A stretch of 64,000 nucleotides of DNA. It comes from Syncephalis fuscata S228. Taxonomy: Eukaryota; Fungi; Zoopagomycota. This document shows positions 27,178-38,767 of this stretch, in pieces (within the stretch, counting starts at the first letter, position 1; each line of letters begins with the position of its first letter). Both the position numbers and the translations under genes were made by a program. The stretch is from contig JAHLTZ010000020.1 of NCBI GenBank assembly GCA_025786725.1, positions 248,001-312,000 on the forward strand. The letters are read 5' to 3'. The notes under the pieces are model-generated. The model ran no database searches. It had not been told where the DNA came from and saw only the letters and a program-made list of their open reading frames with translations.

Positions 27178-28473
27178 TTATAGCTGTTTAATATAGTCTT
27201 CTAGGAGAGGTCGCTTTTCAGGCTCTGGTTCCATGAGTGTCCTAATCATGTTAACTAGCCTTTTTATGCTGAATACAGGAGGTAACATTGACGGTAAACC
27301 TATTGATTTCCATATCTCAGATTCAAAGCTCGTTTTAATGCGCGCTTGATCTTCTCAGCGTTGCCTTCTTTAAGTAGCTCGTTGAGTGGGTTTTTAGAAA
27401 ATGCGACTTGATAAAGTGTTACACCGGCAGCCCAAACGTCTACTTTGCGCAAATCTGCGTCTTGATATTTAGCTGCTTCGGTGGTAAATAACGCGAATGA
27501 GTGTGTCCTGGTCTCGCAAATAATACTGAATTTACTGCTGTAGATCCCAAGTTGCGGTTGGCAGTAACTAATTGCCTTGCGTTATAAAAGCTGGTTATTA
27601 CAACTTGAGGTGGCTTTCCTGGATTCAGTCTAAGCAGTAGATCTACACAAATATGTATATTATAATTATTAATACAGCGCAATTGGCATGCAAGCTATAG
27701 GTTTCACATACGTTCTGGTTCAATGTTAGCATGTGCGAATCCAATACGATGCAGATAAGCAAAGCCTAATAGAACTGACGGTTAAAATAAAAAGACAGAG
27801 AGCAAATATATTATCATACCGCGTAAACATCTTTATAAAAACTAACTGTCGCTGAGGCTTTAGCGTACGGTGTCATTAGCTGGCTTATATAATCTTGGAG
27901 ATATTGAAACTCAAATCTAGCGTCGTCTACCACGCACAATACTCGTTCATTAGGCTTGAAAAAATGTAGCGGTATATCTACGAAATCTCTTCCATCGCTA
28001 TTAAACTCTGTAGGCGGCTGTTTAAGCTCATCAAACCGCTTTAAATTCATTATTCGTCAGTTTGGTGAAGAAATGTATGCATTTAAGCTTACCTTTAACA
28101 CACCCTCTTGCATTCGATTGTTTTCGTTAAAGCTGGTGCATTTCATTTCAGCATCTTTGAGCTCATACGTTACTTCGGCAGTAATAACTGGCCCACTGGC
28201 TTCTGTAACTTTAGTCACTTCAAGATTTTTTTGACCAAGCGTGTCCCTTTCATACAAAGGAATATCAAAAAAAATGTAGTCAGAATTTCCAAGCGCAGAC
28301 TTTCCAAGGTTTTTGGGAAGCCAATAGCTGTTTTAGTAGTTAGTAAAATACAAAAATAAATGTCTTTACTTACGTATAATGGTTACACCCACGGATGTTC
28401 CCGATACTTGCTCAGTTAGAGTATTGGCTATTAAACAAACACCAACAAGAAATTGAAAGCTGAATCGAGCCAT
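27178..28473 (-). CDS. Secreted pseudokinase-like protein
   Basis: Signal-like MARFSFQFLVGVCLIANTL; kinase-like segments AEMKC, LLGFAYLHRIGFAHANIEPE, PQVVITSFYNA, DVWAAG, MEPEPEKRP; multi-exon. Confidence 0.75.
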
Positions 28474-29233
28474 TGTAGTACATAAACAATGGCACTAAAA
28501 ATTGAATGTGCTATTAACTAACACACGACAAGCAGTAAATATGATTATATTAGGAAAGAAAATAATGGCTATTACTGGGATGTTGTCAAACGCTGTACTT
28601 ATATTTGTATTTCAATGTGGCAAATTTGTATTTAGCAATCAAGTATCAATTGTACTAAATACGGCGATCGATAGCACGAGCAAAAAGATTAGAACAGCCA
28701 TTGATTTGTTTCAGCAAGCCAATACATCTGGTCATTTTATTGTTTGAATCTGGGTATTGCCACTTTAGTACCACTGCTTTTACCCTTAAGGACCATGGCA
28801 TATGGCATAAAAAGTTTGAAGAAATGGCCACAAAAGGATACGGAGTTGTATCATCCACGTGGCTGGATAACTTTTACTATTATGTCTTGATTTGTACACA
28901 TTGATTTGCTATTCCAGATATAATGATGCAAATTATCCGAGTCTTCCACTTTTTAGCATAGTAGATAGCATAAATTTGATTTCTAACATCAGTATTTAAA
29001 GATAAGGCAAGAATTATATGTGCATATTGTTTTTGCATATTTATTTATCAATGTTATAATAATCTCATTTTATTTCTTAACAGGTCAAAGCATTACAATA
29101 TCAAAAACAATAAATGAGCCATGGAATGATATAGCAAAAACCTACATTATACGCATAACAATAAAATAACTGAATTAAGATATTTGTATAAATGTGGCAT
29201 ATTCAACAATATGCTTTCAATAAGATAATTGTT

Positions 29234-30377
29234 TTATGTTGCCGATGGATAAGGCGGTGGAGGATTTTGATCCTCAGTATTTAATTGTGGTCTCAGCTGA
29301 TCATTATTAGTAGCTGTACTATAAATCATGAGATCTCTAGAATGTTGTTCGTATCGTCGTGGATCATAAGAGGGAGGGAGATTTGGCGGTATTGCTAAGT
29401 CTCTGTATTTCTCTACAACATAGTCTAGTGCCTGACTAGATGTCAGGCTAGGCTCAGTTTTTTTATAAAATTTTCCTAACATGGACCATATTCCACCATT
29501 TGTTTGGTTGATTTGCTCATAATTACTTTCTGCAGAAGAAGAAAAATAATCCTCGATAGGACGCAAATACTTGGTGGAAGTAAATACTACCCGGTCATCC
29601 GTGACGCGTCCAGCTAATGATTATAAATACATTTGAATATATATAAGTAATCAGACGTTTAACTCACCATATCTGATGGTATCATACATTGCCCATCCTT
29701 TTGCTTTCATGTCCCGTATGACTATTCAATTAAATGTTAGCAAGAATATTGCAGTTGATATGTACCTACTCTCTATAAGTTCTAGAAATTTAAGCTTTGC
29801 ATCTTGCCGCCCAAAATGGTACTGGAGCATATAATTATACAAAGGTATTCCAAGTTTTGGCCCAACAACCATATAGCAAGTGTCTCCATTTTTTGAAAAA
29901 ATCTTTTTAATAACAGCATAAAAAGGGCGTACCATAGATTTTGTTTCAAACATGTTGTAATCTCCAGTATATATATCCTATCATTGATGTTATTATGTTG
30001 ACAATTTAAGATAACAATATATACATACAGTGTAAAATTTAAAGATCCAATGCTTAGTTTCCTTATTTCCGCATGTAATTTTAACATCACGATCATCATC
30101 TTTCACTACAAAATATCTTCCTTTCATAAAATATGCTCCTCTGTTTTTTTCTGGACTTGCGCCAATGATGAGGCCCTCGATGCGGAATGCACCAGGTTGA
30201 TCTAGTTCATATCCAAAAGTAGGATCCACTACTATATTATGATTGTTATTACGTTGCAAGTAAGTTCGTCAAGTTTTTACCTTTCTTTTTAGTAGACAAG
30301 CCTGGAATTCCTGCCATACTTTGGCCAATCGATAGCAGCACCAGTAGCGGCAAAAGATAACTGGTTCCAAATAACAT
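29234..30377 (-). CDS. Secreted hypothetical protein, possibly a very divergent kinase-like fold
   Basis: Signal-like MLFGTSYLLPLLVLLSIGQSMAG; exons matching ORFs 29993-30259, 29726-29953 and 29234-29566; C-terminal PPPYP. Confidence 0.65.
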
Positions 30378-30759
30378 TGTTGAGTTCTTGTTTAGTGTCT
30401 ATATTTTTGTAATCCTATAAAAATTATAGCTGTAAAAGTAAGAATCAATAGTTATAAAAAACGAGCTTTGTGCAAAAAAAAAACAAAAAACAAGTCAGAT
30501 TATTTGAATATTTATAATAGATTGCAACAAACTACAATTGGTTTAGCTATTATTTATTTCAGATATAAAAGTTATATGCACTGGGGGTGACCAGCGTGGA
30601 AGTAAAACAAGCTAATTGAGCGATAACTCAAAAACGGAATATGATAATTACATATAAGGATTGAGGAGCTAACAGACATTTAAATGCCGTTATTTTTTTT
30701 ATCTACTATCCAAGTTGCCCAGTTGATGGTTTAATGCAAAATAGTAACAAAAATTTACA

Positions 30760-31200
30760 TATTTAGAAGCATGATTAGAATAGCAATTCCATTGAGCATA
30801 TATGCATGATCAATGAGTGAAATTAGTCGACATTTATTAATAATAAATCTAAAACAGAAATAAAGCAGTTTTTGGATAGAGCAATGCGGAATAAGTATAA
30901 AATGATAAATATACGATAATAATACATATAAAATAATGTTAAAGTTACAGTACATATAATGCAATAAGTGGACTGAATAAAGTATACTAAAGTATATAAA
31001 CAATAAAATGTGTCTAATATATCGTAAAATGATATAAGTAAATGGTGGATACATGCATATTGAATAATGAATCTATAATAACGAGTATTTGATGATTGCT
31101 ATTACTCACCACCCAGCATCATGTTTAATAGATTGGATGTTATTAAATGTTAGTCATTTAACCACCAAACAAACACTAAATGCGATGCTGTGATGATTAA
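30760..31200 (-). repeat. AAATGACTA-family copy (core plus body)
   Basis: Reverse complement: tgtttggtggttaaatgactaacatttaataacatccaatctattaaacatgatgctgggtggtgag... Confidence 0.85.
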
Positions 31201-31607
31201 ACAAATATAATGTAATAAATAACATGGTATACATTGACCCAATAAGCAAAATGAGCAAATGTTTATAATAAAGCTATAATCAAAAGCTAGTAAACTATTA
31301 AAAATAAATGATAAGATAAACATATAGTGCTATAGAAAACTGTCAAGTGGAAAATAATATAGCATGCTGATAGCATACAATCGGCTAGACTATCATATGA
31401 TTACATAGTTATATGACTAATTACACAGTTATATTGTCAACCAGCTATTTTGGTTATCGTGCAAGTTAATGTACAGCTATATGACCGGCTATAAATTTAT
31501 ATAGATATACAGATAAATAAACAAACAGCTATAAGACGGTATATATCACGCCATAGCTAATTTTATTTACCAACAATTGAGTATTGTTTAGTGTAATTTG
31601 GAGGACC

Positions 31608-33061
31608 AAATGACTAACATCTAATAACATCCAATCTAGTGAACATGATGATGGGTGGCGAGTGACGTCAATCATTAAACACTCGTCATCATAGATTCGT
31701 TATTTAGTATGCATATATCCACCATTTACTTATATGATTTCCATTATATCTCATATTGTTATGTATCATTCTACAATATACTAAACACATTTTATTTATT
31801 ATATGTTCCAATATACTTCATTCGACCCACTTATTGCATTATTTATGCTATAATTTCAACAGCGTTATTTATACCTGTCTATTGTACATTTATTCTATTT
31901 TATATCATTCTATTGTATAATATTAACATGTTATTTGAAACTTCTGTTTGTTTAATACTAGCTTGATTACTAATAAATTTGAATTATTACATTTATTTGC
32001 TCATGCATATATGTACCGTTTAATTATCTGATAAACAAATCAGTTAATGTGAATTGACTATGATTTTGATGCTAGTAGGACAAACCAATGGATATCCACA
32101 ATAATAGCAAGTTTAAGCAAAATAGGAACATAATATATTAATGAGTATGCAAATAGAAAAGAAAGCTAAAAATAAAACAGCGTAAAAAAATAACATAGTA
32201 CTGTAGTGATGATATATGCGTACTAGATAATGAATATACAATAATAAATATTTTAATGATTGATACTATTCAGCATTCAGTTTCATGTTTAATAAAACGG
32301 ATATGTAGTTAGTTGCATGAAAAATGCTTAGCACAAATGCTGACACATAATGCTTAGCACAAATGCTGGCACATAATGCTAGCACATGCTCATTTCCCTC
32401 ATTACGTTATATGCACTATAGCCTCAACATCACTTATCACACTCTTTTTATTATATGTTCATTCTATTCTATATCATTCTATACTCTCCTAGCCTTTCTT
32501 TATCCAATACTATTTTTATTTTTGTTCTAGCTCTATTATTAATAAATGTTGACTAATTCCGCTCATTGATCATGCATATATGTTCAACAACTTGAACATT
32601 GCTAATCTCGTTCAATATTGCATGTTCATTATAATGTTTATTATTTTATTATATACTGGCTATACGCTATCTATAACCGTTGTCGGTAGGGTTCCAACTC
32701 TTTTATTAATAAAATTGACATATTGCACTTAGTTTGTTTACTGAGTTATATTGATAGAACAAATAATATGAATATGAACCGAGTTATGTTTTATTAAGAT
32801 TATTTATAATAAACTAGATTGTGTCAATTAGTTATGATTTTAATGTTAATAAGCAAAGTGACGGGTATACATAGCAATAACACATAATGTGATAATATAT
32901 ACATGCTGGATAATGAATCTACAATGATGAGTATTTGATGATTGACGTCACTCACCGCCTATCATCATGTTCAATAGATTAGATGTTATTAAAATAGTCA
33001 TTTAACCACCAAACAAACAATTTGATGGTGTAATGATTAAATAAAACTCACCACTTGTCCA
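31608..33061. mobile_element. Compound foldback/MITE-like unit of the AAATGACTA family
   Basis: Forward core at 31608; inverted cores at ~32220-32320 and 32895-33003 (about 110-bp imperfect inverted termini); second body copy at ~32400-32860. Confidence 0.75.
32323..32390 (+). repeat. 26-bp tandem repeat, ~2.5 copies
   Basis: aatgcttagcacaaatgctgacacat / aatgcttagcacaaatgctggcacat / aatgctagcacatgct. Confidence 0.9.
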
Positions 33062-33348
33062 CCAAATTACATATATGCTTAATAAATTAATAATAATAAT
33101 ATTTAACTATGTAATAAACAATGCTATCGATAGTGCATTCCTTTGTTATTCTACTTGTGACCACAAACTATATCTATCAGCATTTTTATTGAATTATTAG
33201 AACATTTGAACATGGATGAAATACATATAATGATATAAACATTCAAATCATTGCTGTCTTAAGTATTTTAGTATTGAATTCAAATGGCAAACACATTACA
33301 TCACTACAATGGTTTATACTTCTTATAATCGTTTATTCAAACAATAGA

Positions 33349-36296
33349 CTAAGCAAGTTGCTGTTTCTTTCGCGAAACAGTCTTTAACGTATTCTTATAT
33401 TTGTGTGGATCCTATAAATATAACAGATTAGTATGTATTAATACCAAGCTATTACATCTTTATAAGCAACTTACACGTCGATTCATTTGGGTGCGATCCC
33501 GCATACCGGCACCACCTTCCCAGAACTCATGTTGTTTCTGACGGCCCATAGCGGCACCGCAAGAACAAGTCTTATCGCCAAATGGCTGTTCCAGAGAACA
33601 ATAACCACATATCATTCGACGTGCACGCTATTGAATTACCACAGTAAGTTTTATGTTGATAATATACATCCACTGTAGTCACTATCGCTTACCTCATGAT
33701 CGTGTGATTCAGTTGTATCGTGACAAGTATCACATGGATAAACTAACATCAATGGAATTAATTATAACAAATCAACAAAGCTATAATAATCTAAAACTTA
33801 CCTTTACCGCAACAAGGGAATCGCATCCACCGATGAGATCGGCGATAATGCTTACAAGTGCCATGATCAGGCAATGGCTAAATAATAATAAAAATCAATT
33901 AGATATACATATATATAATAAACAGTATTATACTACTAACCTTGCCGGGTGCATAATCGATAACCATATCTTTAAGAAGTTGTCGGCGCTGCAACGTACC
34001 AACTGTTTCAATCGCATCACTATTCTCTGTCGTAGATGAAATACCACCCATAGTAAGGCGTTGGAATTTAATCTGATCGATATTAAGCGTTAATGGCTGA
34101 TGACAACCACGACAAAACACGGTGGTAGGCTGTCCACGTGGCAAATCAGACAGTGCAGCAGGTGTTTGTTCAAGACTACAGCCTGAACAAGTAACTGCAA
34201 AGCTACAAGGTAGCATATCTGCCACTCGACAGCCTTCAAGATCAAGATAGCCCATGGTTACTGATCCATCATGAATAGCATCTAATCATTATTCATTCAT
34301 ATCATATTAGTATAGCTAAATCTATAGTAGTATAGAGTGTATTCTACTAACTTACCCGCTCGATAACGAATGCCCATCACATGATGGCATACACCACAGG
34401 CCACTCGTTTCTCTCCACCGGTCGTGGCATCCACCGCAGTACTCTTTAATTTTTCACATCCAATAAACGACGACAACGACCACATTGAACTGATAGATTC
34501 AATAGAGTGCATCGAAGAAAATCAATTCCTTTTCTTTCTCCTTTAATCCATTTAATCTCGGTACCGCGTCTAATTGATGTAGTAAAAGTATCTACCAATT
34601 CAGCTGGTGTATCTGAATCATCTGAATCAGTATCGTGTTCTTCTCCTTTCACATCTTCATCTTTGTTCTTATAATGTTGTTGAGTAGATGGTTTGGACAC
34701 TTTTACTTTCTCAGATTGTTTAATATTTCTTTGATCTTTTGAAACAGTCAACGTTGCCATCTTTGCTACAACATCTACCTCCTTTTCCTTCACTTCTTTT
34801 TCTTCTTCATGTTCCGTATCCTCCTCAGCTCTACCTGGAAGTGACAATAAATCGTTCAATTGACGATCTAGCCAGTTTAGAGCATGTAGTATTGATAGTG
34901 CACGTCCTTGCTGTTTTAGATGTTCATGGAATGCATGTTCTACCGTTCTGTGCCATATACGGTTAGTAATAACGCTATATCTAATAGATCGCATTTCCTA
35001 CCTTGCTTTATCTCGTGGTAGCTCCCTACTTGTAATTCTTAATTTCATTGGAGAATCAGGATAATCCAATGGTAGCATTATCTGCAACTGAATGGGCGAG
35101 TAAGGATGGCGATAATCCGGGTCAGTCGGTGTGATCATTAGTTGAAATCGGTCTGCCAATGGTTCATTATGACCATGATTGATATCAGATGACTTCAACC
35201 ATTCAAATGTTGTACGGAATCGTCGTTCAATTTGCTTCAATTCAAATTGTCTCTTTTCTCCTCCCTTTTCACTGCCTTTGGCATTAAAATTTGTTGTTGT
35301 TTTGGCCTAGATTGATAATTAGACATATGTTATATATAGCACTACAATTGACTTACCGGTCGACTGATAGTAACTGGCACAGATGGCTGCCCAACCACAG
35401 TCGTTGCAGGTAATGCTTCAACTGGTTGAGATGCCACAAATGTAAAATTGGATGCAGTTGGCAGTCGAAGTAACTGTTCCAACTGATCTCTTAACCAATC
35501 CAATTGAGTACAGATTGGATTCTTTGGATTCTTTCGTACATGATGTTGAAATGACACTTCAACATTACTATTGATAATGAGTTAGTTATAGCTATAATTA
35601 CTTATTGTGATCAATATCTTACCGTGCAATACCAAATGGTATGTCCTTATTAAGTATACGTAGGCGTAACTCGTATGGATGGCTATCCTGTTGATCAGCC
35701 TGCTTATTGTGCTTATTCTTGCGCACTGTTGTGATGGCCAGTGACAGTTCCAATTCCTCTAAATCAAAAGAGAAATCTGGATCCGTTGGAATAAGACATA
35801 AATGAGCAGTAACTGTATTATTCTCAGGTATATCGCTATGCTTATTATTTTGATCCTTTTTAGGATCACCTTGGCTATCATACGGTTAATTGGTTAATAG
35901 ACATTATTAAAAACCATTTATAACTTACATTAAACCTTTAAATTGTTTACCATAATGTGCTTTCAATTGCTGAGTAATAGTACGCTCCATCAACGAACGT
36001 TCACTTGAACCTGTTGATGCAGTGGGCGTATCTTTCGTGGCATGAAGGAAATGACAGCGGTCGCCTCGATAGCAAGACTGATTGCGGCGATAATAGCGAC
36101 AAACAGTCGGCTTTTCTGTAGATTTATTCTTTTTAGATAAAGTTGTTGTTGCTAGTTGCGCTGTAGTCGTATCAACGTCTATGGTTACATGTCGATACGG
36201 ACAGCTGTCTCCTTTCAAACAGCCACTTGGCAATTGATTAAAATAACGACATAAAGCCGCCTGTGAGGTATTGTCAGTAGCTGGTGTTGCCAACAT
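33349..36296 (-). CDS. CCCH zinc finger + RWD-like repeats + CHY zinc-finger protein
   Basis: Two CCCH fingers; two PTDPD(F/Y) segments; C-terminal GTCKHYRRSHRWMRFPCCGK, CDTCHD, MICGYC, FWEGGAGMRDRTQMNRR|DPHKYK. Confidence 0.85.
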
Positions 36297-37320
36297 GATG
36301 CTATACAAATGATTTAAGTTAAAACTACAAAAGTTATAGGCTGGTTAGATGAATGGATGAACGCTGAAGGTTTCGAGTGATCTGGTGGTGAGAGGTGGAA
36401 AGAAAAGCTAATATGTCCAATAAGAGCAGTAACAAGCGTAATAATAAAACTTTTAACTGATTTGTTACTAAGATTATTTATACAAAATGTCGTTGTACAA
36501 TGAGTCACACTTTATACATTAGTATGTAGCTTAGTCCCTATGGCAATAGCAAATAGTGATTGTGTTGACATGACTCACCCTTTAACGGATCGGATATATA
36601 TACATGCACAACTATGTAGACAAGGAGCGTGGCGTGTCTGTGAGTCAGATTGAAAGCAAGGTAGCGTGCGAACAAATCACTGTCGCTCCTACATACTGTT
36701 CAGGTCTCTTTTCCCTGCTACGTGAACCATGTCAGTACTTTTAATTGCTCATAAACAAATTCAGACAGTTGATATGGTAATTACAAGTAACAAGTACATA
36801 TGACGTATATAGATTGTGTATGATATCATTTATTAGTTACTATGGTATACTTATTTTTATCTAATAATCTAACATTCATGGGATGGTATTTTGTATGATA
36901 CAATAATTGTTATAAACATGGTACACTTGTACATAAAATATCATCCATTTCATTCAACTTTTGAACTATCTTTTTACACATACATAGCAGTATATTGGCA
37001 TTTCTCTATTTCAAATAAATTATTAACTGAATTGTCTATATAATACTAAATGGTGTTTGCTAGTATTTACTATACACTGTGTTATAGCGCATTTTATATA
37101 TAAATAATAAAAACCATTTAATATTTCTAATGTTTACAAACAATTTACACTGTTGTATCGGCTTCTTTTAATGTAGTACTAGTAAAACTCATAATAATAC
37201 ATTATACTTACAATACAAATATTAGCACAACGTTAATCACATAGCACGTAGTGTCATTTAATGTTATTATAAAATTTGTTTTATAAACAATTTATTAACT
37301 TTTATTGTAATTCGGGGGTC

Positions 37321-38570
37321 AAATAACCACATTTAATAATACTCGCGCAATTGAACTAGATATTTGTTCTATTGAACATGGGGACGGGTGGTGAATGATA
37401 TTAAAGTTTTAAATGTTCATTATTATAGATTTATTATCCAGTATGCATACATCATTTCTATCGTACATTCCCACTATTATATAGTATTCCATCTCTAAAA
37501 AGCTACCAGTGCATAGCTAGCACAATCATTATACTGGCGACTGTGTACATACAACATTAGCAATAGTAGTATATTGCACTGCTGTACTGACACTAAAGGA
37601 TTGTTGAGTGACTATACTAGCAGTGCAACCAGCTACTGTTGTATGCGTTCCAATGCTGTACATAATGACTGAAGTGGTTATACGCTACCAAACTCACTGC
37701 ATGTTTTGGTTTGCCATAGATCACCACTGCAGTCGTTTTAAAAGTAGTAGTAGATTGCACTTTTAGCACGGCCACTGAATAACATTTCAGTACCATACAG
37801 TGCGATCTACTACTGTTGCTACTGTATATGCTATTGCCAGCACGATCTATAGTGGCGATCAATAGCAAAGCAAAGCACATAGTCGCTACATTCGTCGTAC
37901 TAGCAGTTGTGCATATACAACAGCGTAATCTCCAATAATCCATAGCATAAACAAAGCACACAGCGAGATTTAACAGCATACCCTCAACATAACATAAAAT
38001 AAACCAGGAATGCACTTATCGTGTCAAAGAGGCTGTCAACAACAATGATCGGAGTGATGAAGGTGATTTGTAAAAAGGTCAGATTACAAAAGAGCAATGC
38101 AAGGACATAGTGTAAATAGTGTTTGTACTCAACTAGTAGTCAGTCAACTACTGACACTATCTAAATAGTATATATAGAGTGTACAAGTATATGCAATGTA
38201 TATATGCTATCAAGTGTGAAGAAAGAGAAAGGGAAATGTGATGACGTAGATTGTGAGCTGTGAGCCTGTCAGTCAATATTTATAAACAGCCGAGTTTAAT
38301 TCATTAATAAATGCAATGTGAAATAATAAAAGTCAATCTACCCAACATGTCAGTACATCATAGAACAGATTAATAGTAAATGAATAAATGCATTAAAAAT
38401 AAAAGCCATTTGACACCAAAACTACTCATTATCATAGAACATATACTCAGTATATTAAAAGATCAATTAAATATAATAAAAGTCATTTACACTCAAAAAC
38501 ACTCATTATATAGAATGTTTGTCAGTATAATAGCGAATGCATTAAATAATAAAAGTTATTTGATACTAAA
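37321..38570. mobile_element. Cassette B copy 1: forward module at left, inverted degenerate ~75-bp tandem modules at right, gene-relic cargo
   Basis: Core module at 37321-37445; 37684-38550 is nearly identical to 57121-57990. Confidence 0.75.
37480..38135 (-). pseudogene. C-to-T hypermutated gene relic in cassette B
   Basis: One frame: VDSLFDTISAFLVYFMLC*GYAVKSRC...RSCWQ*HIQ*QQ**IALYGTEMLFSGRAKSAIYYYF*NDC...ALERIQQ*LVALLV*SLNNPL. Confidence 0.7.
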
Positions 38571-38767
38571 AGTTAGTGTAGTACAATACATATCAACTGT
38601 TACTACATTATAAAAGATGGAACAATAATGTACATAGTAAATAGGATAAGAAATATAGTGTTTATTTTATAATATATAAATAATAACATACAAATAGTAT
38701 ACAGCCACCTAAGTATTTAATATGATTAGTGCTATGATTTGCGTAATTGTTAGTGAGTACTTGCCTT

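Noticed and set aside
28057-28092. In-frame TGA in the secreted pseudokinase
   Set aside because: Falls inside a GTAAGC...CTGAC...AAG intron
37617-38015. 132-aa ORF (and its 124-aa twin at 57078-57452) as a real protein
   Set aside because: Non-ATG start, no recognisable motif; probably a shadow frame of the stop-interrupted relic, although not fully excluded
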